From contig NW_024704742.1 in NCBI RefSeq assembly GCF_018977255.1, positions 93,436,001-93,500,000 on the forward strand: a DNA stretch of 64,000 nt, given 5' to 3'. Below, one piece after another: positions 10,701 through 25,700 of this stretch (position 1 is its first letter; every line of letters begins with the position of its first letter). The stretch comes from Callorhinchus milii. Lineage: Eukaryota. Made by a program: the position numbers and the translations under genes. The notes beneath the pieces are model-generated. The model was not told the origin of the DNA and searched no databases. It saw nothing but the letters and a program-made list of their open reading frames with translations.

Positions 10701-13700
10701 CCATTGTAAAATGTTCTGGGATGCCGCCCAGCGTGGAGGGCGCTATATAAATGCAGGTTGTTGTTGTCACACAGAATGGGTAGGAAGTCTGCTCACAGTT
10801 GTCTACTAATTGCACTGTAAAGTACCTGGTGATGAGGGTGCGCGGAGTCAGGAAAGGGGAGGGGTTTGACTCATGTTCAGCTTTCTTTGTCCCCCCCAAT
10901 CCCTGACTGAGCGGCAAAGCATCTTCATAGTGACTTATTTGAGATCAGAACTGTGTGTTGCCATAAGTACATGTGATAAACGCATTTCAACTTCACAGAT
11001 TTCCCATCACACAGAGGATACAGTTCAAGATCCTCCAGGGTTTTACTCTCCCCTACCTCTGCGACATCCTAAGCCCCTACCATCCTGCCCGCTCCCTCCG
11101 CTCAGTGGGCTCCAGCCTACTTCACATCCCCCGCCTCGCTTGCCCAACTATTGGCGGACGGGCCTTCCGCCACTCTGCCCTATCCTCTGGAACTCCAACC
11201 TGCAGTCCCTCCGCCTTGACCCTCCCTTGCCACCTTCGCGACCCATCTCAAGACCCTCTTTGACCGTGCTTTTGATCTCCCTGCTTCCCCAACGCCCTCT
11301 ACCCAGCTCGGGTCCGAAACTGACTGTCCAGCGCTTGGGACATCCTCCCGACGTGAAAGGCCCTATACAAATGTAATTTTATTGTTGTTGTTCATCTTCT
11401 ACTGACAGCAATGAGACAACCATCTGCTTTATAAAATAGGGTGGGTCCAGTTCTAGTGCCAGGAGCACCATCTAAACTGTTTACAATAGGACTGTGAGTG
11501 ATATTTTCACTTATCTACAGCTGTTCATTGCCCTTTAGATGTGTGATTAGAATAGATTGCACCAAGCCCAAGCTCTTGAGGTTAAAGTATAGTGCATGTT
11601 TAATATTAGTGAGGAAATTTGATACGACTTCTGTAACCAAGGTTAAATGAATGTCTAGCGTTCTGGGATTTGTCTTGCAATTGACCCACAGTTGGAAATC
11701 CGAGATGGTTCAGACTATATTCTGTTGCCCAAATCTGACATTAAACTGCTAAGACTACTGTGCAGATACAGTTCTACATTGCTTGGTACATTCAATTAGA
11801 GAGCTGAATCGCAAATAGTGTATTTATTCTGGTGCTCTGTTGCTTAAGGGAAGCAAAGAATGGTTCATAGCAAAATATGGCAGTCTCACTAGAATTTTTT
11901 TAAAATGGTGAGAACCAACAGGCAATAGTTGGGGTTTAGATTATTAATTCAAGGATTTTCTGGAGTAGAGCCGTTTTATAACAGCCTTAGCTTTATTGTA
12001 TATAGCCAAAATGTGCAGCCAAACCCGATTGTAATGATTCATTATCATGCAGGTTTGCTTACCATAGCACAATCCCCAGTCAGCTCTTCTTCTACATTTA
12101 CTGTGTATTCAGGCAGAAAGTCACCCAACTTCCTGTGCTAATAACTGTCTGAGTGATGGGTCATCAGGTCACCACATTATCACTTCTTGCACGTTGGGAC
12201 AGGAAGTTTTCCCACAAAATACACAGTCACAGCACTTTACAGCATATCCTGTGAAGCACTGTGAGACGATTCAATGATGTGATAAGATGCTGTATCAAAA
12301 TATAAGTGATGTCAGCATTTTGAAACAAACTGGCCAGCTTTCTGTGTGCAGAAATTAGTAAGAATATGTTGGGTCTGCAGCCCAATTGTGCTATAGTGAA
12401 GTTCGGTTAATTGTTTATCAGATCAGTCTCCTATTATGTTTAGTCGAGTTATATGAATAAAAAAAAGTACTGCAGATGCTGGAAATCTGAAAACAAAAAC
12501 AGAAGTCGTTGTGAGCACTGCAGGTCAGGCAGCATCTATGGAGAAAGCAATTGAGTCAACGTTTCGGGTCCACCACCCTTCGTCAGAAGATAATGTGTAT
12601 GAATAGTTTGGTTTATTGAAAAAATGCCACTGTCAAATTGAGTATTCAATTAATAAGTTTCACTATATAAGCAAACCTGCGTTATAATGAAACATCTAAC
12701 AACGGAGTTTGATTGTATGTTTTGATTCCATACAATGTACAGCATAACTGAGGCTATTATTTGTGGCATTCATATGAGTAATATCACAGCTGTGGTTTGG
12801 TGCAGGTTTAATGTATAAGTTCACCTTCTAGTTGCTGTTTTTAAAATGACTTATTTCTGTTTTTGTTACAGTCATTTTCACTGGCAAGAAAGAAAATTGT
12901 TCACTATACGAGCTGTGATCAGAAAAAACAGGCAAATGCAGCAGTCCTTATTGGTTCTTTTTCGGTAAGTATTATGGCATTTCTCTCGATGCCAAGTTGC
13001 TGTGAGGTTCTAAAAGGCTGAATCATAATAGTGATAATCCTTACATTTGTTATAGCTCTTTTCATGTCTTTAAGACGTCCCAAAGCGCTTCACAGAATAT
13101 ACTGTAAAGTAAATGGACAGTATATTTTTGAGTGAAACGCAGCAGCCTATTGGGCACAGCAGTGTCCCACAAACAGTTGTGGATTGAGTAACCAATTTAT
13201 TATTTTAATTTTTTTTGAGTTAATTATTACCCCCGGAAAAGTGATCTGCCAATCAACTAACAACCAGGTTCCTACTTACTGTTAGGTAAACAGGCGTGTG
13301 GAGTAAGGAAACTTGCCCAGCATTTCGCCCTGCCAGGAATCAAACCCAGGATTCTCGCTTGGGAGGCGAGTGCTCTGACCACTGAATTACAGGACTTCAC
13401 AATGTGGAATATACTGGGTTAAAGTGAATCCAGGTCAATATTTTTTCTTTATGAAATTAGAATTTGTGGGTGGGTCACTATAGGGAGCTATGGAGTCCTG
13501 GATGTTCCTGTTTGTATCTCAATTTTTGTAACTTAATCTCTGCTTAACTCTTGCGGCTCCTTGGCCTTTACTTGGAGAAAATGTCACCAGGGCTCTTGTG
13601 GTAAAGTTGTATCAATGAATTTGAATTATTTTCCTATGCCAACTGATCTACTAGCGGTTCCAAGACACCAATAGTGTGCGTTCTTTACAATAGACCAATA

Positions 13701-16700
13701 GTTATGAGTTTCAGGAAGGATTCTGTTGCCCTAATTGAAATATAAGTGATGTCTTTATTGATCACAGGAACAAAATTACGTAATGAAAAGAGAGACATTT
13801 GAGAGGAAGGAATGGGAAACATTGTAGTTTTTGGCATGTAATTCAAGCAGAGGATGTGCACTTTTCACAATCCATTCAATTTTGGGTCTTTGATCATTTA
13901 AACAACAAGATTACATTTGTATAGCGCCTTTCACATCGGGAGGACGTCCCAAGGCACTGGACAGTGTACAGCATTTCAGATATGAGCTGGGGTCAGGGGG
14001 GAGAAGGGAGGGGAAGGGGGGTGACCAATGACATGGTCGAAGAGGAGGGTTTTGAGGTGGGACTTGAAGGAGGCTAAGGAGAGGGTGAGGCGGAGTGATT
14101 GGGGGATGGAATTCCAGAGGTTGGGGGCAGAGTGGCTGAAGGCTCTCCCACAAATGGTGGGTCGGGGGATGTGGAGCAGGCCGGAGCCGGCTGAGCGGAG
14201 GGAGCGGGCGGGTTGGTAGGGGATTAGGAGGTCGCAGAGGTAGGGTGAGGCGAGGCCATGGAGGGCTTTGTAGATGAGGACCAGGATCTTGAACTGGATC
14301 CTCTGAAGGATAGGGAGCCAATGGAGTCCGGCGAGAATGGGGGAGATGGGGTTATGGAATTTGATATTAAGATAATAATAATAATAATCCTTGAATTTGA
14401 TATAGCGCTTTTCACGTCTTCTCGACATCTCAAAGCACTTCACACAATAGACTGTAAAATGAATTGACCTTATATTTGTGGGCAAAATGCGGCAGCCAAT
14501 TGCGCACAGCAGTGTCCCACAAACAGTCGTAGATTGAAAATGACCAATTTATTATTGTTTTTGTTTTGGAGGGATTATTAGGCATGTGGAGTAAGGAAAC
14601 TTACCCAAGGTTTCGCCGTGCCGGGAATTGAACCCAGATGTTAGTGCCATTGTCCTGTATTTCTCCCTTCACCCCCCACTTTCACCTCCATTCCAGTTTT
14701 CTCTCCACGTCTCCTGAAGACAATGAGTTACAGTGCAGTTTCATGGTACTGCCTACTGTCTAGTTCCTCAACCAATTACCCATTCATTATGTGGAAGTGT
14801 CGAGAAGCTATTTGATTGTGTGCGGTGTTGAAGACCAGCCGATCGTATCATCCAATATCTATACACTGTATGTACCTTTTGCTGCCGGAGTCACTGAGTG
14901 ATGTTTGGAGAAGAATTCCTGACTTTTTTGACCTTCACCTTCCTAGCCGAAGGCAGTATTTATAATAATAATTAATCCTTGCATTTAATGTCAGGAGCAT
15001 ACTATATATTTTGTAGGTGAAATTATGTGTGGCCAACTATAGCATCCAGGTTGAGAGCAATTAATTCAGTACAAGGTGTAGATTTAAACCTGAGATTTTC
15101 CAGAGGGTTTTGGCTCAGTTTCACATTAGTCACTTTGCCAACTGACCCACCCAGGGAATCTGCTTCATGGCAATTCTCAAAACCTACCGGTTTTTCTCTT
15201 GTCATCTTTCCACTCTCAACCCTCTCTTGCTTCCCAACCTGAGCTCGAGTGACATTTCAACGTTGTCAATTTGAGCAAGTAGAAAACGTATGGAACAGGC
15301 TCCGTAGGGAGGCAGTGGAAGCAGAAAGTGTTGATTGAACCAAAAGCAAATTAGATAGATTTATATTTGGAAATAATATCTTGGGATACAGTATATAGTT
15401 TGGGGACACGACATGTCACGTGACTACCAGGATGGTGGAAGATGAACTGAATGGATTTTTCGTCTGACAGTTCTTATGTCAAGCGTTTTGAGCTGCCATC
15501 CTGATGTGAAAGGCGCTCTATAAATGTGTATTCTATTGTATTATTTTTTAAAAAATTGTTAGGTAAAACACTTATGAAGAAATAATCTAAATAACTGATC
15601 TGCTTAATGGGTTATTGTGTAAAACTTACTTCAAGTCACAAGAATAAAAAAAAAAGTTGAATTGGGGAAAAAATCAGCTTCTGTCAAGAAGCTGCAGGAG
15701 AAAAGATTATAAATTCAACAAATCAATGTTTGCACCTGTCACAAATTCTTCATTCAAGAGGGACGTCCTCCTGACGTGAAAGGTGCTATATACAAATGTA
15801 ATTTGTTGTTATCTAAAATTCTATTTAGCAAGGATCCAGAATCTTAGCATATAAAAATATTTTCTGTGCATAGTTGTGGCAAATTCTTAAATGCAGCCTT
15901 AATTTGGAAATAGATATTCCACAAGTTTTCAAAAGCTTCCAAATTAAGGTTGAATATAAGAGTTTTTTTTATAGGTCTTAAATTTTAAGGCAAAGCTGTT
16001 TTGAGGCTAAGACTGTGTGACATTTCAGTTCCTAAGGCCTCCAAATGCTTCCTGAAGCTTTATTACAAATATTGATGCAAAATGTTACAAAAGGCTCCAG
16101 TTAATCCTTTTGCACAATGCGGAAACTCCAGTATTTCGGAATGAATTTCCAGGTTAAATATTTAATGTGTTTTGTAGGCAGTAGATTAGATAAACAGTCA
16201 CCCTGAAGCTGTGCAGCAAAACAAACTATTTTGAATGATTTTTGGTTGGCTGCAACCCACCGTGTTTTTAAATGGGCCAATTTTTCCACTGTTCGATGGA
16301 TGTGGTGAATCCTAGTTCCCTGGTAATAAGCGGTACGTGTTTGCACAACATATGGTACTTGCTTAGCAAACTGAATGCAGGCTCTGAGCACTGAAGAAGC
16401 ATTTCTGTACTCAGCTGTCAAAGGAGCTTGTGTATTTGTGTTGTCAGTGTTTGTAAGTATAGTGTTGAAATATGTATTGGCCTGTTCTCTCCAGAATTAA
16501 CACTGACACAGAAGCTTGGGTCTTGAAGACTATGACTGAGGGTGCAGTACTTAATGTATATGCTTTTACGATATTGCAAGTGACTGAATTTTTGTACTTC
16601 TTGCCACATAAGAATATATGGAGTTATGATGAGATTAAATAAATAAAATCCTTGCATTTGGATAACACCTTCATGTAAGAGGATGCCTCAAAAGGTGTCT

Positions 16701-19700
16701 CACAGCACTTACTATGAACTGTGTTGATTGAGTATTTTCTAGGTTAAATACCGCAGCTAATTTAAATGATGTCACAAGATCTTTAAGGTCCATCTGAATT
16801 GGCAGATGGGACATCAGTTTCAGGTTTCATCCAAGGGAATGCACTTCTTAACAATGCAGCAAACATAATTGCATTGGGAATGTCAGTCTACATTGTGTGA
16901 ATCCAAAGCCCCAACATAGGGCTTGAAACCCACAACCTTTTGACTCGGAGGCAAGAGTGCTATCACCTGAGGCAGTCTGACAGCTAAAGTTACTGAGTAG
17001 CAGTACCATGGATTGTAATGTTTAGTTAATATCTTCAGATTGCTTAGTGAGCTTGAAGAAAAGAACTGTGGAAAGTCAGGTTCCAAATTAGGACTGAATT
17101 GTACGGCTTCTTAAAATTTCTGAACATTATTTAAAAAAAGTAAAACCATTACCTTGTGGCTAAAACCATGTGGTTTTCGGAGCCTCTGATCCTCCCCTTG
17201 GTTTCTATGATGATGATAATAATAATCTTTGCATTTGATATAGCAGTCACTGCTCTTTATAGTATATCCTGTGCCGCACTTTTGAGGTGTCCTCCCGTCT
17301 GAGATGCCATCCGGTGTGGAGGGCGCTATATAAATTCAAGTTGTTGTTGTTGTTGTCATGAAAGACGCTACCAAATGTAAGGATTTACATTGTCAACATC
17401 TCAAATAATTCACAGAATTTACTGTAAAGTGTAGAGACTGTATTTTATAGGCGATTGTGGCACCCAATCCTCTTAATAGGGAAACTGAATGACAAATGGG
17501 AGCTGACAAATTTCCAAATTATTCTCTTCCCTCGATACCGAGATACACTTAAGCCAATTCCACTACCGTATGGTGTCCCCAACCCAGGTCTTTGGTTCAT
17601 TCTCTTGTCTGTGTCACGTTAACTGCCATATCACACCCTCGTAGCCATAGTTCTCCGGAGCCTTGAGTGTGTACTTCAGATCACAACTGAAGACCTTCCT
17701 CTTCGACCATGTGTATGGTCACTTCCTTCCTCCCACCCCGCCTGGTTCGGCGTCAGAGTCTGCCACTGTAAAGCACTCCGAGATGCTACCTGACATGAAG
17801 TGTGCTAAATAAATGAAGTTGTTGTACGCTTGTGGCTGCCTTTCTAAGTGAGGCTCCTGATGACCATTTGGAAACGCTTACTTTAAAGTCTATATGAACG
17901 GATCACCTGGCAACCTTTTCTATCAAGACTTGCATAAAAGAATGGCTGCCGGGCGAGGTACCCAGAGGGCAGCCAGAACAGGAAAGGAGATGAATGGTGT
18001 GTGTGGTGTATATGGGAAAGTGCATTATGTGCTTTTAATGGTTTTTTTTAATAGATCTAGTTATGGAGTAGAATTGCTCTGGCCACGCTAGTTTTCAATC
18101 TGCTAATCAACTTTACTCCCATTACAGGCCTGTTGACTATCATACTACTTCAATTTTAAGTGTTTTGGTAACAGTCCAGGCCAGGCTTTTTAGTGTCTGG
18201 ACTAGTTAATTGAGTGCAATGATAGCCTGACAAACCAGAATTAAATTATCCTCTCATTTACTTTAAATTGATGGGCTGGGCAACAGAGGCCTTTGATGCA
18301 AGTTGTACTGCTATTATATTATGAGGTTTCCAGCAAAGATGAGCCTCCTTTGCAGCCAGCCCATAATACTGTCTCTCTCAGTACTCATTCCTCACTCTTG
18401 GCTCTCCCAGCTATCATTGCGTGCGCGCGCTCTCTTTCTTTTGGCTCTTGCTGCACTCTGTCTCCCTTTCCCTCCCAGCTCTGTCTGCTTCTCCTGATTC
18501 CCGCTAGCTATTGGATTGAATTCTGCGCAGACACACCAATTGATGTCTCCTCTGCCAGATCAAATGTATGGTAGCAAGTTCTGAAGGACAGTAGTACATA
18601 CGCACAACACCGTATGTTATGAGTGCGGTACATTTTGAGTTGTTTCTTTTATGTAAAAGGCTACATAAATGCAAGTTGTTGTAGATGTTTAGAGAGGTGG
18701 TGAGCCCCCCTCTTTATCTATCTTTGAATCCCTTAAGAGTTTTTTCTTCAAGTATACCTATTGTCACTTTCCCCCCTCTCCCTCGCTCTCTGTCCAACCC
18801 TGTCATTGTGCAGCACTGTGAGATGCTATCATGCACAATAGGAAAAGAAAAAGGGAGATGAGGAAGATTTATAATTGCCCTTCACATCCCTGAACCAGTG
18901 CTGTCTTGTTCTGGTATCTTGGTGTATCTGAAACTATTATTCTAGTTGCAAACCAAAGTCCTAGCTCGCCAAGCAGCAGGAAGTTTGTCAGACAGTGCTC
19001 CCAAAATCAACATGTTTTTAGCGAGTTGAACTCGAGCGGTACAGCAACACGCACTTTAGGGTCCCCAAGACTTGGCTCTCACCAACCTGTTCTTAATATT
19101 CTCCAGCATTAGATAATCAGGATGTGTCCCTCTAGGGAGAGAGTGCACATTCCAGACCTGGGAAAATTCACTCACAAAGCACACAGTGAATGATTTTTAC
19201 AGTGTACCCTGTGAAGCGCTTTGGGTCGGCCTCCTGACGTGAAAGGTGCTATACCAAATGTAAGGATTAATATTGCTGTTATTAATAGTACATTTCCATG
19301 TGTAGGTGCCATAAATATGGGAAAATCTATCCATCTTAGACACTCTTAAGCAGGGTGAGGAGTTTCCACATGTGTCATAGACATCTGGCTGAAGTTGACA
19401 GGGTAGCCATAGTCTGAATGTTTTAGTTATGTCTGGAAGTTCTCCCAATTGTAAGGTTAACTTGTCCCTTCTGTAGCTGAAAAGATCAAAATTCAGATTG
19501 CCATCGAACCTATTGTTCATGAAGGAACTTTGTGTGCATTATTCATCCATAAATTGTAATGTGTAACCACAGCAGGTTAGACGTGTGTTGCGAAAGAGTG
19601 GCTTGTCATAGATATTAGGTAATCTGACGTGGAATTATTTTCACCTCACCAAGTAAATGCATTGTGTTCCTTAAATAACTTTTGCTTCTAGATGTATCTT

Positions 19701-22700
19701 TGGATTGGTAAGAGAGCACGTCCTGAACTCTACTTCCAAAAATGCCCTCTCCAGCTGTAATACTGTATCAGAGGAAAGAGTGATCGTTTCCAGCCCTGTA
19801 GGAAGAACACAGAGACTGGGGTTGGGTGGCTGAACTATCGTAAATCCGAGCCCTAAACACGGACTGGGATTGTGGGGGCGGGGGGTCAGACTGCAGTGCT
19901 ACACAGCTACAGAGGTCTAAGTGAGGGGCTGGGATTCGGCGTCGGACAGACTAACACACAGCTGCAGAGCTCTGAGCACAGTTCCAAGTAGGCGTGACCC
20001 TCTTGGCTGAGACTACTTGCATTGTCAACAACTTGTTTTCAAAGAAGCTCGTTGTTTTGTTTTGCTCGTGTGGAGAATAAATGTGCTTTGAGGCTGCTGG
20101 AACACGTGTGCTGTTTTTTAATTGTGTTCACGAGGAGAATGGAACGGTTTTATTCATCGTTGCCTTTTTTGGTCATCCGGGTGCCTGACATGCTCAGAGA
20201 ACCATCACCATTCTTAAGAGTATCCAAACCATTGTTTCACAAATATATGCTCACTATGTGTGGGCAATTCCCATTTGTCTGGATTGGAATGTGCACCATC
20301 TCCCCGGAGGGACACTCCCTGCTTACCTACAATAGGTGCAAGTTACAATTAATTAACCCTTGCCTTTGATGTAGAGACTTATCATGTTGCAAAGATGTCT
20401 TAAAGCACTTTGCAGGATATACTGTTAAGTGTAGTAGTGACAGCCAGGATGCTGGAAGAAACCTTCTCTTTTTGAGGAGTGATGTGGGATTTTTAATATC
20501 CACCTGATCAGGCCTTCGGTTTAATGTCTTATCTAAAGGACGGCATTTCGGATTTCATTGCATTTCGGACAATGCAGTACTCCCCCGGCGCAGTACTGGA
20601 GTGTCAGCCTAGACTGAGCTCAAAGTCACCTACGTGGGGCTTGAATTCACAACCTTCTGACTTAGAGACAAGATTGGTACCAAGTGAGCCAGGCAGTTAT
20701 TTGAAATGGTAAGAGCCAAGGTGTCGGGACCCCATAGTGTGCCATTGATGGTTGCAAGGCTGGGGAGAAGAGGGAGGGATTCCAAAAATAATTCTTCCAT
20801 GATTTTTCCCAATTAACATAATGTATTTTTCATCAGATCACTGTATACACCAGGTGACAGATTTAAAATTTTAGTGCTTCGTGAACTTCAAGTAATTGCA
20901 CACTTTGACAGCATTTTAATATCTGCCCATTTGAAGTATTAATAGCACATGTGCTTAACTCACTAGGCTAATGAGAGAGTCCTGGATTTGCTCCCTGATC
21001 CATTGTTAGATCTACACGGTGGGAAATTATTGCTTGTGCAGAGAAATCATTCATGGTCAAAATCTTGTTGTGGAAAGAGGGTTGTGGGAATTACTGATCC
21101 TTAAACTTTGTGTTCTCAATCTTTTGTTTTCTCAAGGTTATTTACTTGAAGAAAACTCCAGAGGAAGCCTACAGACTGCTGGTAGGGGGGAATAACACAT
21201 ACCAACCTTTCAGGTAATTTTAAGTCTTTTGCTCTGTTGATTTTGGTTAGTTTGGAGTCCTGCATCTCTATGAAGTTTATAGGGAGTCTGCAGAGTACAA
21301 AAAAAAATTGCGTTGGGTGCTTGTACTGTGGTGGGTGAAAACTACTGTATTTTTGCTCACGCTGTCATCAGATTAATTGCTTTCAGTATCCTCCAGAAAC
21401 TATTATAAGAAAATAATCGTGCTTACAATTGATACAGAACTTTTCACGTCAGGAGGACATTTCAAAGCATGCTGGCAAAAATGACTTAAAGTGTTTTCTC
21501 TGCCCCGCACATACACTCAGGAGATCTCAGCTTGGATGTCTCCAGAGGCTGAGTGATGTGCAGGGATCTCCCTGGGAATGTGTTATATCAAAAGCACTAT
21601 TACTGGCCATATAGTGGTGAAGCAGCTGGAGTGCTATTTAGATTCTAACTTGTGAATCGCTTTATCTCCTCCAAGCCTTGGAACCTCAAGCATACTGCCC
21701 TCGCTGCACATTTTCACACCTTTTTAGATGTTACTTTTGATTTTCTCTGCTATCGCTAACCTTCCTTTAACCAAGGAGTAGAGCAGCATTTGCCTACAAA
21801 ATACATGGTCACTATATTTTACGGTATATCTGGTGGAGTGCTTTGAGACGTCCTCCTGATATGAAAAGTGCTGTATCAAATTATTATTTTGTGAAAATAG
21901 TTTCTGCGGGCCACTGAAAGCAATTAACCTGACAACAACGTGGGTTGGCAGGGCTGAGTGGTTTAGCTGCTTTTGGCATGTATTTGTGTGTGTGATGAGC
22001 CTAATGGTTTAGGGGATGAACGTCTGTCTGCTCTGGATAGACATCAGGAATTAAACCTCCTGCTGTGCTCAGGGCAGACATCCACCCACTGAACACACCA
22101 CAGTTGCCATTCAAGTTAGGGAGTCTCCAGGGTTCCACCTAATCTGAAATGTCATATCTTGAAAGGGTGGGTTTAGAAGTTGGAGGCAATGCGATAAATC
22201 GCATGTGAAATATGTATTTTAAATAGCTTTGCAGTGAATGTACTGTCCTCGACATCCAGAACGGCAGGGTGAAACCTTGGGCAAGTTTCCGTACTCCACA
22301 CGCCTGATAATAATCCCTCAAGAAAACAAAACAGTAATAAATTGTTCATTTTCATTGTGTGTGCAATTGGCTGCCGCGTTCGCCCACAAATATACAGTCA
22401 ATTCACTTTACAGTGTGTGTTCTGGGACGTCCTCCCGACGTGAAAAGCGCTGTATCAAATGCAAGGATTATTATTATTTACAGTATATTCTGTGAAGCGC
22501 TTTGAGACGTCTAGAAGACGTGAAAAGCACTATATCAAATGCAAGGATTATTATTATTATAACCACCCCGACCAGTAAAGGCATCTTATCGCTTCAGGTT
22601 CCCACAATTCACGGAGCCGTGAGAAGTTTTATTTTGAGGGTTCCAAGTCAAAAGGTGACCTGGCAATATACAGATTAATTAGCCTGCCTGCAGCCATTCA

Positions 22701-25700
22701 TTATTAATAGAATTGATTATTGGAAGCAAAATGAAAGAAACTGTATGAGGAATAAACGACAGCCAACATAGTTTCAGGAATGGTATGTTTGTCCAACTAA
22801 AGTCACAGACTTTTTGAGGAAATGGTGTCTGAAATTGATAGTGGGAAGCCATATGACTTAGTTTGTCTAGACTACAAAATACTTTGACAGACACCCAAAA
22901 CACATTTGCCTACTATTTTGACTGTAATACTTCACAGTAAAAATACTGTGTAGTGCTTTGAAACAACACAATAAGGCACTATATCAAATGCAAGGATTAT
23001 TAATAGGTGTAATAATTTCTACTTGAGAGTCCCAGTTACAATCTGAGGTCATTGAATAAATAAAACGTGGATGTTAACTAGTAAACATATTCAAGGAATG
23101 AAGCAGTGGATAGTCGGAAGGGGAGCTCGGTGAAAATCGGGAAGATATTAAGTGGAGTGCCACAGCTGTTGGTGATGGGATCACCCCTGTTCTTAGTATA
23201 CATAAATGACCTAGAATCACAGACTATGCGACAGGTAGTTTACTTTGTAGGTGCCATTGCACTAGCTGGAATTGTGGAATCAAGGGAGACAGCCATGATC
23301 TAAAAAGAGAACTTGTATGCATCATGGTTTATTCCTGGTGAAAGGAATTCAGTAAAGATAAATGCAAGCTGCTTGGTGTCAACCTGGCTCAGTGGGTAGC
23401 ATTCTTGCCTCTGAATCACAAGTTGTGGTTTCAAGCCCCACATCTGGACTTTGAGCAATACGGTGTTGAGGGTGCGCTACATTGTCGGGCAGGCATTAAA
23501 GATCTCAAGGCACCATTCAAAAAGACAATTTCTCCCAGTATTTTGGCCAACAGTGCTCCAGATAAAATTGGTCATTTACTTCATGGCTGTTTGTGGGATA
23601 TTGCTGTGGGCAGAAAGGCTAAAGTAAAGGCTCGACTGCTGATGGTGTCATGGGCAGGGTGGGGAACATAAAGCAGGGCGGTCAGGAAGAGGGCATTGGA
23701 AGGGGAGTGCAGAGGAAGCTGCCTTTACAGGTGGCTGTCCTAAACCTGCCCTGGCTCGATGTCGACACTGGATGAATAAAGTGTAAAATGTGTTCAGCAT
23801 TTCCATTTTGAGCGCTTAAAAGCACAAAAGTTCACCACAAATAAAAGTATATATTTTTAAAAGAACAGTTTTTTAAAGAGAGAAAAATAAGGTTGTTGCC
23901 CAGCACCAGTAATTCAGTAGGAATGTCAGCTTAGACTATGAACTCAAGTGCTGTGGTGGAGTTTGCCCCACAGGCAGGAAGCAACAGGTGTTCCAAATAA
24001 TGCCGTGTGTGTGTGTTGTGTGGGATGGGTGAACTAACAGCAGACAAAGGTCATTTCTTTCCAGTACCTATTATATTTTAAAAAAAGGTTTGCTCAATGT
24101 ATCTCCGGAAAATAGAGACTTGTGAATAACACTTTGTTGGATTGATCCAGTGCAGGATAAAGCATTCTGGAGACGCTTTGAAGTACTGACCTTTATACAT
24201 CTGCCAGTTCTTTATGATCCTTTTTTTTAGTAAGAAGTGTTTGCCTTTTTTTATGTCAGTTTTCTCCCCTTATTTTAAGTGTTCAAATTTTTTTAATATC
24301 CTCCAGCTCCCCTCCTTCAGTACTTAAATACCATTTCATAGACACCTTCCTGTCCTTCACACAAGTAGCCATTATTTATGTGTAAGCCATAATAGTAAGC
24401 ATTTCTGTTGGAAAGTTATTCCAACCTGTAGTTGTTTTTTGAGGGGGGAGGGGTAGCAGTCAAGCACATTTCTATTCTTGCCAGATGCTCACACATGCAC
24501 CTTCCAGCACGAGGCTCTGGCTGGTGATCAGGATCCTCCCACCTCCCTTCAGGAGATCCAAGGCCAATTGTAGCAATACAACTGCTGCCTGGTGATCACC
24601 AAACTCAACACTGACCTGCAATATTGTGGTCTGCCTGGTTTGTTGCTCCATTTACCCGCTAGGACATTGGGGGAGTTTGATGCAGTTTCTTTTGTTGAAT
24701 AAAATAGTACATCGAAGAGGTGACAAATATGTATTTCTGTGAGGAAGAGCATGGCTGTTGGACAATGCTCAGTGGTTTGGTTTCAAAACTTAATTCGTGG
24801 AGTCCTGTAGCTCAGTGGTTAGAGCACTCGCTTTGCAAGTGAGAGACCAGAGTTCAATTCCAGGCAGGGCGAAACCTTGGGCAAGTTTCCTTACTCCACA
24901 CGCCTAATAATAATCCCTCCAAAAACAAAAAACAATAATAAATTGGTCATTTTCAATCTACAACTGTTTGTGGGACATTGCTGTGCGCAGTTGGCTGCCG
25001 CGTTCGCCCACAAATATACAGTCAATTCACTTTACAGTGTGTTCTGTGAGGCGCTTTGGGACGTCCTCCCGACGTGAAAAGCGCTATATCAAATGCAAGG
25101 ATTATTATTATTAATCATGGCAGTGGGTTTCCACTTGTGTCATATCTGGTTGCCCAAAATTGAGAAGAAAGGAAGTTACTTTTTTTAAAAAAAGTGCCAG
25201 AAGTGTTTTGGAGCACATAATTAAATTAAACGTTCATTAAAAAAATTGACATCCAAAATGCAAATCAGCTGATTTTTAGGAAAGTTGCAATATTGTGTAC
25301 AGTTCAAATTAACTTTTTAAAATTAAGAACTTGGAGAAACATGTTTAAAGGAAACATAATTATGCTATTTGATGAGGACATTTCCTGTTCACTTTACCAA
25401 TAAACGTCAAGTTTGTTTAAAAACTGCCCGATGGTGTAATAGTGACTAGAGCTTGTGGACTAGGAGCTCACTGGCTCGAATCCTGCTCTGTGCTCAGTTT
25501 TGTGGTCTCGGTCGGCGCTGCATATGTAATAATAATAATCCTTGCATTTGACATAGCGCCTTATCGGGTCTTCTAGACGTCGTAAGGCGCTTCATAGAAT
25601 GTACTGTAAATACAATATAATACAAAATTATAGTTGCATATCATCGTTCACGTCAGGAGGATGTCCTCACGTGAATTGACTGTATATTTGTCGGTAAAAT

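Noticed and set aside
24799..24870. tRNA gene
   Set aside because: The tRNA-like head continues into a SINE body and L2 tail and has many diverged copies.
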